From: Vitrella brassicaformis CCMP3155
Lineage: Eukaryota; Protista; Chromerida
Assembly: GCA_001179505.1 (NCBI GenBank)
Contig: CDMY01000301.1
Location: forward strand, 1-64,000
Length of the DNA stretch: 64,000 nucleotides
Reading direction: 5' to 3'
The position numbers were made by a program, and so were the translations under genes. Shown here one piece after another: positions 1-11,692 of the stretch (position 1 is the first letter of the stretch; each line of letters starts with the position of its first letter). The notes beneath the pieces are model-generated. The model ran no database searches and was not told the DNA's origin. It worked only from the letters and a program-made list of their open reading frames with translations.

Positions 1-323
1 CTCGCGGGATGAGGGTAGGTGGAGGGGGTTGGGTGTAGTCCGATACACGCTCGCTCATCCGAAAAGGAGGAGAAACAGCCGAGAAATCACCAACTCAATC
101 ATGGGGGTAGCTGGCCTTTTTTTTTATGAATGCATTCACTAATGAATGACTCAATCATTCAATCAGCCATTGTCACTCTTTTAACCACAGCAGCAGTTGC
201 CGAGTCCTCCAACATCCGACGCCATCTTTCAGCGCATCCCGCCCTTTTTTTCATTCAAATCAGGCCAAAGCGACTCGGCCGACATTTCCTGGCCACTCGG
301 TCGCGGAGGAGATCTTCGTGTCG

Positions 324-2161
324 ATGGAGTGCGTTGTGGATGACGTGGAGCACCTTCAGAAGGTGTTGAGGGCGCTGCAGTGGAGGGGTTTCAAAAAGGA
401 CAAGAAAGTCCACCTCACCATTGTGCCCTCCCAGGGCCTCCGATTCACCCTCACCACCGACGCCAAGGACGCCAAGTGCACCCTCTCACTCAAAGCCGAC
501 GAGTTCTTCCGATCGTGGGACATCCATGAGGCGCTCCGCGGTCACGAGCAGCAGCAGAACGGCAACAACAATGGCGAGGGTGATGATGGCGATGAAGCTA
601 TGGGAGTTGGAGGTGGTGCTGATGCCACCGATGATGGTGATGAGGGCGGCGAGCGTCGTCTGGAGTTGGTGATAACGCTGTCGGCGCTGATCACGTCCGT
701 GGAGCTGTTTAATGAGGGCAAGGCCGTGACGCTGCGGTACAACCCTGAGGCCGGCGACGAAGACAGAGACCCATTCATCGTGTCGGTCGTCGATGGAGGT
801 GCGTACTTACTGACTGACTGACCACACTCACTCCTCAAGGCATACAGGCGTCAACCATACACACGCACTTGTGTGTGGGGTCTGGGGGGTTGACGGGACG
901 GCAGATGACACGTGTGATTCGAAGCTCAACACGTACTATCTGTTCGGCACGGAGGAGGCGGAGATCCCATTCGAGCCGCAAGGGGCGGACCTCTTCTCCA
1001 TGCTGGTAGGTACCGCAGGGAGGGAGGGAGGGAGGGACCGCACACAGCCACGATGGATGCATTGATGTATGTATATGTGCCGCCTTATCACACACATCCA
1101 TACCAGTGTGTGTGTGTGTGTGTGTGTGGTTCAGCCAAGCCTGTTGTATCAGGCGCTGGACGTCTTCTCCTCCAACACCGACAACAAAAACGCCAACGTA
1201 CGCACACAGACCTACCTGGATGAATATATGCAGCCGACCGCATACACACTGCAGCAGCGGCTGAACCCTCCCTGTGTGTGTGTGTGCTGTCAGGTTGTGG
1301 TTCGTGTGTGGCCTGCGGGCACTGCGGATTACGTCCTGTCGATGGTGAGTCGGTCAGCAACCGACAAAGGGCGACTCAGACAGATGTCACCCACCATACG
1401 CCCCCCTTTTGTGTGTGAGTTCTCTCTCTCTCTCTCTCTGTCTGTGTGTGTGTGTGTGTGTGTGTATGTGTGCAGGGTGTGGAGGGCGACAGCACGTCGT
1501 CCTGTGTGGACTACCCCAACGACAAGAAAATATTCAGCAGGTTCAACGTCAGACAGCACAGACGGTGCGCACTCAGGACGCATGGGGGGAGGTCAATCTG
1601 CGGGCGTACGTTTGTATCTGTGTGCATGTGTGTGTGCATGTGTGTGTGTGTGTGTTGGTATCACTCGATCAGTGTGGTGTACAGCCTCCGCAGCCTCCAG
1701 ATCTTGGGCAAAGGGCTGAGTGAGTTCACGAGCCAAGCAGCCAGCCAGCCGGCCGGCCGACGCACATGGAGCGTGCTGTCATGTGTCTGTTCCTTTCTGT
1801 GCTGTGTGTGTGCAGAGATAGGCCGTGACGCGACTGTGTACATTGACGTACACGGCATCATGCACGTCAAACTCATCGTCCCGTAAGTCAGTCCCCACAC
1901 ACCGACCCTTACACCCTCCCACTCGCCCCATACCATCTGCACATAAGCTCGTGTGTTGTTGTGTGTGTGTGCAGTCACCATGGTCGTGTGGATGGCCGGA
2001 TTTCGTTACTGGAGTACACCATCAACTCAGTCATCGACATGGACCACCAAGAGCAGCCGGAGGGAGAGGGGGAGGGATATGCCGACGGAGAGGGACAGGA
2101 CGCCCACATGCACGACGATGGCCAGGGGCACCAATGGACTGAGATGGATGGATGGATGTAG
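324..2161 (+). CDS. RAD1: Checkpoint clamp (9-1-1) subunit Rad1/Rec1 family protein, multi-exon
   Basis: Spliced protein MECVVDDVEHLQKVLRALQW..VHLTIVPSQGLRFTLTTDAKDAKCTLSLKADEFF..CDSKLNTYYL..VYSLRSLQILGKGL..ATVYIDVHGIMHVKLIV..LLEYTINSV has the PCNA-like Rad1 pattern, with an acidic insert in exon 1 and an acidic tail. GT-AG junctions checked for the first exons; the start could lie further upstream. Confidence 0.7.
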
Positions 2162-2473
2162 AATAGATGAGGAAGGAGGCCGGTTGGTTGATAGCATAGC
2201 TGGCTTAGTGTGTGTACAGCTGGAGGGCAGCGGGGCTTTCTTTGCATAGGCAGACAGATAGACAAGACAGACTGCGGTTGGTTGACATGACAACCATTTT
2301 CACACATGCGTGGCGTGCATTCGTGGATGGACTCCACTTTGCAATGGGATCGATATCGATCAACAAGTAGATAGACAGATACCCACTGACCTGACCCCAT
2401 GCAGGGAGGAAGCACATGCATTGCACCCTCCACTCACCCACCCACCCACCAACCCACCCACATATATATATAT

Positions 2474-5400
2474 CTACACACTGCCTTGCGGCCTCAAAGA
2501 CACCATGCCCGACCTCCTCCCCACCACCACCCAAGGCAGCGAGTGTCTCCCGTGGGGCCTGGTGTTGCCACTCTGCGACGAGGCGGCCCACTGCTGCGCC
2601 ACGAGTGCATCTTGCTCACCGCTGGGCTCACTTCCTTCGCGGCCGTCACTGTGGTTGGCGTCGTCATTTTCGTCGACCGATTGGGCCTGCCACACTGAGG
2701 AGCGAGAGAGGGGCCGGTCGCCAGGCTGCAGAGAGAAAGAAGACATATTATGGGGCGGATGGACCTCGATGTGTATGTCTTGTTGGGTGACCTGAGGTGA
2801 GACGAAAGATGCAGCGTGATGGCCTGGAGACACTCACACACACATACGAGCAATCGTACAAGAGACATACACAACCGCTCCCTTACGTTCTGAAGCATCG
2901 TTGAGTACAGACGGCACAGACGGTGAGGCAATATAGTGGGGCAGGTGCATCCTCGGCAGCGGCACGAGGGACGGTAGAACAGCAGCAGCAATGTCAGGGT
3001 CGCTCCTCTGCTCACCCTCTGGCCCAGAGCCAGACACCGACCGAGCGTGTGGGAGGGGCGAGAAGGCCTGCACGAAGGCCGCAAGTGCACTCGTGACGCT
3101 CGGCCGCCGAGACGGGATGAAGTCATCTCCTTCGTCATCAGAAGACACCCCTTGCTGCTGCTGGCCGTCAGGGCTGTCAATGGGCTGCTGACTGTTGTCG
3201 GCAATTTCTTCGGCGATTGTCGCGGCGGCGCCGCACCGGTGATGGGGAAGAACGGAGACACACAACACAACACAACACAACACAAGTGCGTGTGCGTGTG
3301 TGGATGGCTGGTGAGTGAGACACAGACAGGTTCACGTATGTATACCATTGGCACGTCTTGATTCTCGCCTTTCAGATTCTGAATCCACGACCGAATGCAC
3401 TCTGACAGACAGACAGACAGACCAAGAGAGGAACCAGATGGATGGCTCCCTCCAGACACAAAGAAAGGAGGAAACACTGACTGACTGACCTTTGTGGAAG
3501 ACTGCGGCACAAAGAAAAGAGACCGACAGCAACTGAGATGCGCGTGAATGGTTTGTGTGCTCTTATTACTCACGGTGGCCGCACGGCAGCCTCTTGCAGA
3601 GGTCACCCGCCTCAAAACTCTCAAGACATATCTGTTCAAACGACAGACACATGTGGAAGGAAGGGTGATCGATCGATTGACGGTGTCTGTCTCTCTTCCT
3701 TCCCTTTACTTCTTAATTAGTTACCACACATGCGTCTGAATGAATGAATACAAGCCATCCATACACACACACACCATATGATTGGCGCATACCATCCATC
3801 CATCGTCCTGCCTGCTCCTCCTTTCCGTGCTCCCCTACGGACCTTGGTGTGTGAGTTTGGCCCGCTGCTGCTGGTGTCTGTGTCCGATTCTGAGCCACTG
3901 CGGCACCAGGCTGCTCCGCGGCACCGTCACTGACATTATCGACTGTGCGGAGGGGCGACTCGACGGCAGGGGACTCAGCAAGATGGGCGAACACAAACCT
4001 GCATGACCCAGGAGGCCGTCCGTGTGCATTGGATACATTGACGGATACGGACAAGCTTTCCCACACACCGTCGTTCCATTCGATGGTTCTCATCGCGTCA
4101 AGCTGAGGACAACGGACGGAATCCGGCAGCGTGCAAGAGGGCGTGGCGTCGCTGGCGGCATACCTGTGCCAGGACGGCTTTCCTTCTGAGACTGTTTCGT
4201 CTGTTCCGCCGGCTGCGCTCACGCCTCCGTGCCTCGCGGGCCTCCTCGTCGGCAGCAGACTGCTCAGCATCCCTCTGCACACCCACAGGAAGAGAAAAGG
4301 GAGAGACATACATGCTGATAGCTCAACTCGCTCACTGTGTTGGATGTGGTAGAATTTATCTGGTCTGCGTCATTCTTGAGCAGCATGCTCCAGCTGCACA
4401 CACATATGAACTGAGGACGGCAATGGACATAAACACACACACACAGAGGAGCGGATGTGCTGATTGTGCGCGTTGCTGGTGCTCGCTCCTACCAGGTTGA
4501 CGCCTGCAGTCAGTGAGTGCAGCACAGAGAACATACAGACGTGTGTATGCCTGTGGTTTGCACTGTGTTGTGCAGTGTGTGCATGGCTGACCGACCTACC
4601 GAGCAGGCTGATAAAGATCAGAATGAGCGTCATGGAATACGAATACAAAATGTCTGTGGGCCACCCAGCCATCTCAACGCACCATCAACCAGTGGTCATT
4701 CATTTTGTGTCTGCTTACTGGCCGAGTCCCCGCAGGTTCTGGCGTCCAGTGCCCACTTGAAGCCCACAAAATACCTATACGCCGACGACACACTCACTGG
4801 ACCAGTGCATGTGATGATGATGAGCGCTTTGTGAGGGCTGCAAACCATGCAAAAAAGAACAATGTCAGCAGGCGATTCCCTGCAATACCGGCCGACAGAT
4901 AGACATACAAATGCGATAATGGACAACGAGACACTCGTGCATTGATGCAGGCAGGCAGGCAGCCACCGTAGAAGATAGGATGTCTCAGAAGTCGGTTGAC
5001 CTGCACCAGGGCCGATGCCTCCCTCCCACGATTCAGCCGAAGCCGTTCCTGGCTCTGACGAATCATCATCAACCTGAGCACACACAGAGAGAGAGAGACA
5101 CACACACACAGAGAAGACGTCACATGTCTTTTCTGTCATCCATTCCTGCCACCGCCCACGTGCGCAGACGTAGAGGGATCTTGATAGCATTCAAACCTGC
5201 ACCAGGACACATAATGAGCCAACACAAGCGGCACACGAGCAGAGGGCTCACCAGCCATTGTCCTGCATCACACAAACCAACACGGATGACAGGCTATGGG
5301 AGCGCGCCGCAGGTTTGCTTACATGAGCCACCAATAGAGAGGCACGTCACATTCGCTCCTTTGCTCCACAACCAGCACTGCCAACCAAACACACATTCGT

Positions 5401-6827
5401 GTACATACGATGTATGTGTGTGTGTGGTTTCCATCCCCCATGCATACCGTAGGCCTGTGAGCTAAGGAGGAATGTGGCGACGCCCAGCTCAATCCGTGTG
5501 AGTGTCTGCAGGTTGGAGAGCACGCCTTCGGAGGGTTCCGAGATCTGACCTGCCGTGGCACGCTGCCGGCCACGCGCCCTTCTCCTTCGCGGCCGCCGTC
5601 GGTTGGGTGGAGGAGCAAGTGCGTCATCCACTGGAGTGGGCTCGGTTGCTGTGTCTGAACCAGGAAGCATTGTGTGCGTTGTATGCGCCTTCTACTCGGG
5701 GCCAGGGGAGAATTTCCAGATCGGTGGAGCTCTGGCCCCAACGGGCTAACGCGCACCGACATGAATGGCGTGCTGTCCGCAAACGCATGGAACACACCGC
5801 AAAAAGGCTTCATTCTCGTGCCGTCCTATAGCGCATACATCGCACCACAAGGACAGCAACAACGCCGATGACCGAAACAGGAGCAGTAGAATACCAGCCA
5901 CGAGGGAATGACAGCTGCTGATACCTCACTGCACGAGCTGGTTCATCAGCACTGTTGCTACCGATACACACCCACTAGCATCGCATCCATCACTCAACTC
6001 ACCAACGCCCTCTCTAAGTCAGCCAAGCACCCACCACTCATCGAGCCGTACATGCATCCCTCCATTCACATGCGTCCGTCCGTCCGTCCGTCACACCTGG
6101 TTGTTGAGTATCCTCTTGATGGCACTCCGCCTCTTGATCTGATAGAAGACGCCCCCATCAGGGTCCTCGCACTGATACAGCCGCACCACCCTCCTGTCAG
6201 CCAGCCACTTGAGCACCCTTTCCACATCAGGCTGCACCAGCCGCATGACGAATGGCGGCTTGCCGCCACGCCACAGTGAGGGGAATGAGGGCCGCCGCCT
6301 GGTGTACCATGTGCAGCCCTCCAGAGGGTCAGTAGGGTCAGTCACCGCTACAAACTGACAGATGGATGATACATCGGTAGACACACATGCAAACATCAAG
6401 GACGGGCGGATGGCAGGAGGGAGAGCACCGTCTTGCCTGATGTGTGGCGGCCTGCTGTTTGGTCCAGCAGACCAGCTGATTACCTGGTGTTTGATTTTCC
6501 GCTTTGCTCGCGGCCATGACGGCGTGTCGTACCCACCCCACTCCAGCACCTGCAATCACACAGAGGAAGAACATCCCATCCATCCATCTGGCCGACTGAG
6601 TGTTCGTGCTGCATGCTTGTGTGCTTTTCTATTCTCTCCCACACCTCACTCCCTGACCCTACCTGCACAGGTTTCTTCTGCACCAGCGGAGGAGTGGCGG
6701 CAAACACGCCAAGATGCTTGGCAGCTTCCATCATCAGTTCAGCCGCCAGGAGGCACCCCACACACACAGCCATCCATCGCAGGCCACTCAACATCGCCTG
6801 GTTCACCCTCTCCACCGGGAGCATCAT
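2474..6827 (-). CDS. Hypothetical multi-exon protein with a hydrophobic N-terminal segment
   Basis: Coding-like exons bounded by GT/AG: MMLPVERVNQAMLSGLRWMAVCVGCLLAAELMM.., VLEWGGYDTPSW.., FVMRLVQPDVERVLKWLADRRVVRLYQCEDPDGGVFYQIK.., AEEIADNSQQPIDSPDG.., last exon PGDRPLSR..RPQGSV*. Internal exons only partly resolved; no domain recognised. Confidence 0.5.
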
Positions 6828-7043
6828 ATGAAACGCCGAATGCGAGCGCCCTCGCGGCACGATTGCACGCGGATGAGCCTTCTACACGGCTTCACGTGTG
6901 CCTCCGTTGGTCAAATTCACAGATCCACATGCCCCGACTGCGAGCTTAGCTGCGAGCTTAAAAAAGATCTGTGAAGCAAGCGGCTGAATGAGTCATTATT
7001 GATGACGGCAACGGACCGGAAAGGCTGAGGCGTGAGCCACTTC

Positions 7044-10000
7044 ATGCCGTCCGCAACGCGACAGCCACGCATGATGGAGAAGGAGAGTGAAGCCATCCCG
7101 GTGCAGAGATCCCATGAGCCGCCGCCCTCGAGAGAAGCAGCAATGGTCCATCGCAGAAGTCCCCGCGACTTCAAGTCACGGCGGCGGCCATTGAGGTGGC
7201 AGCAGTGTGTGAGCCTGGCGTGGTGTGTTTTGCTGCTGCATCCAGCGTCCACTGGCCCGGCGTGGGCGAGGAGGCCGCCGGCATTCGCATCTAGCCCTCT
7301 CAACCCATCATCAGCAAGGTACGTACACATCTGACACTCACGGCTGTTTGTGCTGTGCTCGAAGCGGCAGTGCGTCAAGGTGCGTGCTGTGTTCTTGTCT
7401 GCAGATCGACCCATGGTCCATCAACGTTCTGGCGTTTCCCGCCTTCCTCCTCCCCCTCCTCATATCTCTCACCCCTCCTCTCCAGCACTGACCAGTTCTC
7501 TCTCTGCCACCCCCGCCCCTCCCGTCGACATTCTGCCGGTCGTCAGCTCATCACTGCACAGATGCGGCGGGGGGGATTCAGAGGTGGAGGGGGCGTACCC
7601 GTTGATCCTGCGTAAGTCAAGCCACTGACAGGAGCCACACAGACAGACAGACAGACAGACAGACACAGACATCGGCGTTCACACTGTGTGTGTCCTCCCT
7701 CAGTCGGTCTGCGCGTGAGGCTGCGACGACGTCCTTCTTCTGGACTCGTGTGGTGCCTATTGGTTTGTTGGTGTCGGGCAGCATCGCCGGCTACTACGTC
7801 ATCCGCAACTGGGTCGCTGAGACGAGGCTACTGCAGTGCAGGGTGAGAAGAAACCATATGACACACGAGCAGACAGACAGACAGACTGACTGATTGACCG
7901 ACAGACAGACGCATCATATATTGTGTGGTATTGTCAGCTGTACGTCACCCGCACCCTGCGAGTTCTGCACGACACAGCCATGCTCGACGAAGCTTTCAAA
8001 GCGGCACGGTCAGCACATAAGAACAACTCAATGCACCGCACCGCAGCACAGCAGACACACAGTGGTCCCATGGATGGATGGATGCTGTCGTGTGTCTTCT
8101 CTCCCTCCCTCCCCTTGCCTCTTTCTCACCCCAATCAAACAGGTCCCGCATTCCGTTTTTTCGTTTCTACAAGCGGCAGCTCTTCACCCGCCTGATGGAT
8201 GCGGCGCTGGGCGGCAAGGAGGCCGTCACCATGTCGGTCGAGACACTCCGCGGACTGGCCTACATCACATTCGACCTCTTCAAACTCACAGAAAAAGAAG
8301 TCAGTCAGTCAGTCAGTCATCGAGAGAGACGAACCACATGGCAAACACAACCGGCTTATCTCTCTTTGTTTCTTGCGTGTGTCGGTCTGTCTGTCTGTTG
8401 GGGTCGGTGCTGTCAATTGTGGATGGATCGACCAGGCGGCCTTGTTGCTGCGTCGTGTGATGGACCAGGGCCAGATGGAGAAGTACCGAGTGGAGAACAT
8501 CCTGCTAATCGCCGAGCTCTTCATCAGAACAGACGAACAGGCCAAGCAGGTAGTGCAGGTCACCCACACACACTCACACGGACAGACAGCTGACATGAGC
8601 ACGCCCCTGCCCGCCTGCATGTGTGGTGTGGTGTGGTGTGTGCACTGACTGCAGTTGTTGCGTCCCCGCTATGCGTTGAGTGCCATCGGCCAGACGACAG
8701 AGGGCGGCCTCAGGCTCCACCTGCAGAACAAGAGAGGTACGAACCGACGGGAAACAAACGCCCACGAGAGATCGAATGAACACTTGCAGTCTTCTCAATG
8801 TTGTGTGTGGCCGCCCACGTACGTACGTGCAGCCGATCTGTACAATGAAGAGATCGCAAAGTTCGTCAAGGTCAGTCAGTCGGGCCGTACAAGAAGACAG
8901 GCAGTACATCATAATGGTCATGCGTGTGTGTGTGTGTGTGTGATTTGGTCGGTCAGCCGTTGGTGAATCGTGGTTCGTTTGATTCGGAGGAGATCATAGC
9001 CGACTACGAGAAACTCTACGACCTCCCTCCACCACCTGGTGCGGAATGACTGCACTGCATACTTGTGCTGTGGATCCATCCATCCATCCATGTGTGTGTG
9101 TGTGTGTGTGTGTGCCTTGTTCAGGCGCTGACGTGCTCAACCTAAGCCAAGAAGATTGCCACAAGGTCTACAGGTAAACAGTGAAGGAGCGAGGAGACTC
9201 ATCTGCAGTGCACCCACTCATCCCTGTGCACACTGACCTGTCTGTCTGTCTGTCTGCTGCACCTACTACCTCAAGGAAGTACATCGATTTCGACATCAAG
9301 GAGGTCAAGCGACAAAAGGCCATGGGACTCTTCGACTACGATGTGCGTATGCGCACACCACACCCAGAACACACACATCCTGTGATATGCAGGCTCACAC
9401 AAACAAATGCCTTGTCTTGTTCGTGTGCATCTACATGTGTCATGTAGAGCACCTACGCGCGTCGAGCCACCGGCGACAGTGATCGCGAGAAGGAGATAGT
9501 GCAACGCGACAAGGACATCAAGATGGGCCGCATCGGGTGGAACGCCCCCTTCATGGAGGGCGCCAGCACCCCGTTCTACCCGCCCATGAAGGACACCGAA
9601 CAACAGGAACTCGAGGACGCCGCCAAGAAATCGTAAGAACGATCGACCGATTGATTGATGCCTGTATGCACCCATTCATTTCACGTGTGTGTGTCTGCAG
9701 TGTGTTGGATGCGTTTCTGGAGAAGGAGCTTCGCTCCAAGGACCGTGTGACCAAGGAGCAGCTCGATCGTGAGGTGCAGCAGGCCAGCAGCGCCGACAAG
9801 GAGGGATGGATGCAGAAACAACGTACGTACCTGCTTGCACACAACACCACACCCCCACACAACGCCATACTTGGTGATGCGTGTGTGTCCATGTGTGTGT
9901 GTGGGTACGTGTGTGTATCAGTTGACTGGGAGCCGACCTTCACGTCGATCAATCAGCGTGGGTTGGACCAGGTGGATATGGTCAACAGGGGCGAGAGGGT

Positions 10001-11060
10001 CGAGGGTGCCGACGACGCCCTACACGGCATGGCTAAAGTCGTCAGGGACTACTTCGTCAGACAAACGGTCAGCCACCATCTCCTCTCAGTCAGGCGGGAC
10101 GAGGGGCCAGTCAGTCAATGAAGCATGACTGACGGATGCACCCCTGCATGTGTATGTGTATGTGTGTGTTTGATGTGTGTGGTGTGGTGTGTGCAGCAAG
10201 AGAGTGAATGGAATCGTCTGCAGGCCGAGCTGCGTGCCCCGGTGGAGAGGGGCACCAAGATCGCCGTCGACACAGAGGGAGACAGCATGAACGCACGACT
10301 GGCCAGAGGTGGGTAGGTGTGTGCATACGATACGTGGCTGGGTGTCCACACAGTGAGGGCAGACAGACATGACGGACGGGTGAGCCTGTGCGTGTGCGTG
10401 TGCGTGTGTCTGTCTGCGTGGTTGTGTTGTGTGCAGGTGAGACCTTTTCCCTCCGCCTTGGCGGTGGTGGGGGTCTTGAGAAGGTCGGCGAGGAGGCTGC
10501 AGAAGTGGAGCCAGAGGAACAAAAGGAGGAGACGCCTGCCCCTGCTGCCGCTGCTGGTGCATCCATGTCGGCAGGCGAGTTCGCCAAAGTTGGTACGTGT
10601 GGATGGATGGATGGATGGATCGATGGACGGGCCACACACACGCACACACACTCCCGCACACATGTGAAGCAGTCAGCCCATCAATCTAGATACGTCTGTG
10701 TCCGTCAGGTGAGGTAAAGAGCTACGAGTGCACCGAGTGCGGCTATGTAATCTTCCCAGCCGGTACATTAACACACAGTCTCCCCCTCCCCCAAATGACA
10801 CACACCTACACACAACCTTCCGCTCCTCTCTCTCTCTTCTGTGTGCGTGTTCCTCAGCTGGTCGAGAGGACAAGTTCTTCGGCGAGGGCTTCAAGTGCCC
10901 CCAGTGCGGCGCGCCCAAGAGCGCATTCAAGGAGAGGGGCACTGAGGCAGCACCAGCCCCAGCAGCACCGGGGACGGCCCTCATTCAGGGTGTCGTCGAG
11001 GATGACTTCGACTACTCGGAGTTCGACGACATACCCACTGCCACCACATCAAGGGCATAG
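7044..11060 (+). CDS. Putative plastid-targeted membrane protein: helical body plus C-terminal rubredoxin-like domain
   Basis: Exon chain with consistent phases at the junctions checked. Signal-like CVSLAWCVLLL..PPAF, then a S/P/R-rich transit-like stretch, a TM helix (VVPIGLLVSGSIAGYYVI), helical exons, and YECTECGYVIFPAAGREDKFFGEGFKCPQCGAPKSAF (CxxC..CPxC). The start may be ATG 7044 or 7143. Confidence 0.7.
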
Positions 11061-11692
11061 AGTCTGTCATGCACGGCCGCACTCGCCCGGCTGGCCGGCC
11101 TGTTGGTGCAGTGCATTGCTTGCATCATATACCCTGTGTGGTCGATGAGGCTGTGGATACCTCTCCATGTGATTTTTAGGACCGATCTGTGTGAGTGAGG
11201 CTGTCTGTGTGTGCGCGGCACCAAAATTGATTGCCTTTGAGAGGGTGATGCATGGATTGGACGCCGTGCACGTGCCCGACGAGAAGAGCGACAGCCGGCA
11301 CATGCCCGGGCCCGAGCGTGCGCATGACGGACAAATGACTGACTGATGAGGAGAGAGAGGCTGACTTGCATCAGGTGCACAGTGCAGATTGGCAAGATCT
11401 CTGTTCCTGCCTATCCAGCCGCCATGTGCAGATGTGTCATGGTCAGCGGGGAAGCCCCTTGCGACAAAACGTCACGTCTAAGCTCGCAGGTGCAGCAGAG
11501 TGCAGCGATGGCATGCTGAAGAGCCTCACGCTGCTGGTGTGCGCGTCCAACTACCTCCACCGGAGATCTCCCACGCAGCTGCTCACATCGCTGTCATCGC
11601 GTCACCGCCCCTCCCTCACCCTCGCCCTCACCAAGACCACCAACACGTGGCTCACATCCCCCTGTTGGTGGTGCTGCTTCAGTCGACAGAAG

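Noticed and set aside
6917-7414. 165-aa minus-strand ORF as the first exon of the 2474-6827 gene
   Set aside because: It is antisense to the leader exons of the rubredoxin-domain gene, whose + strand splice phases are consistent.
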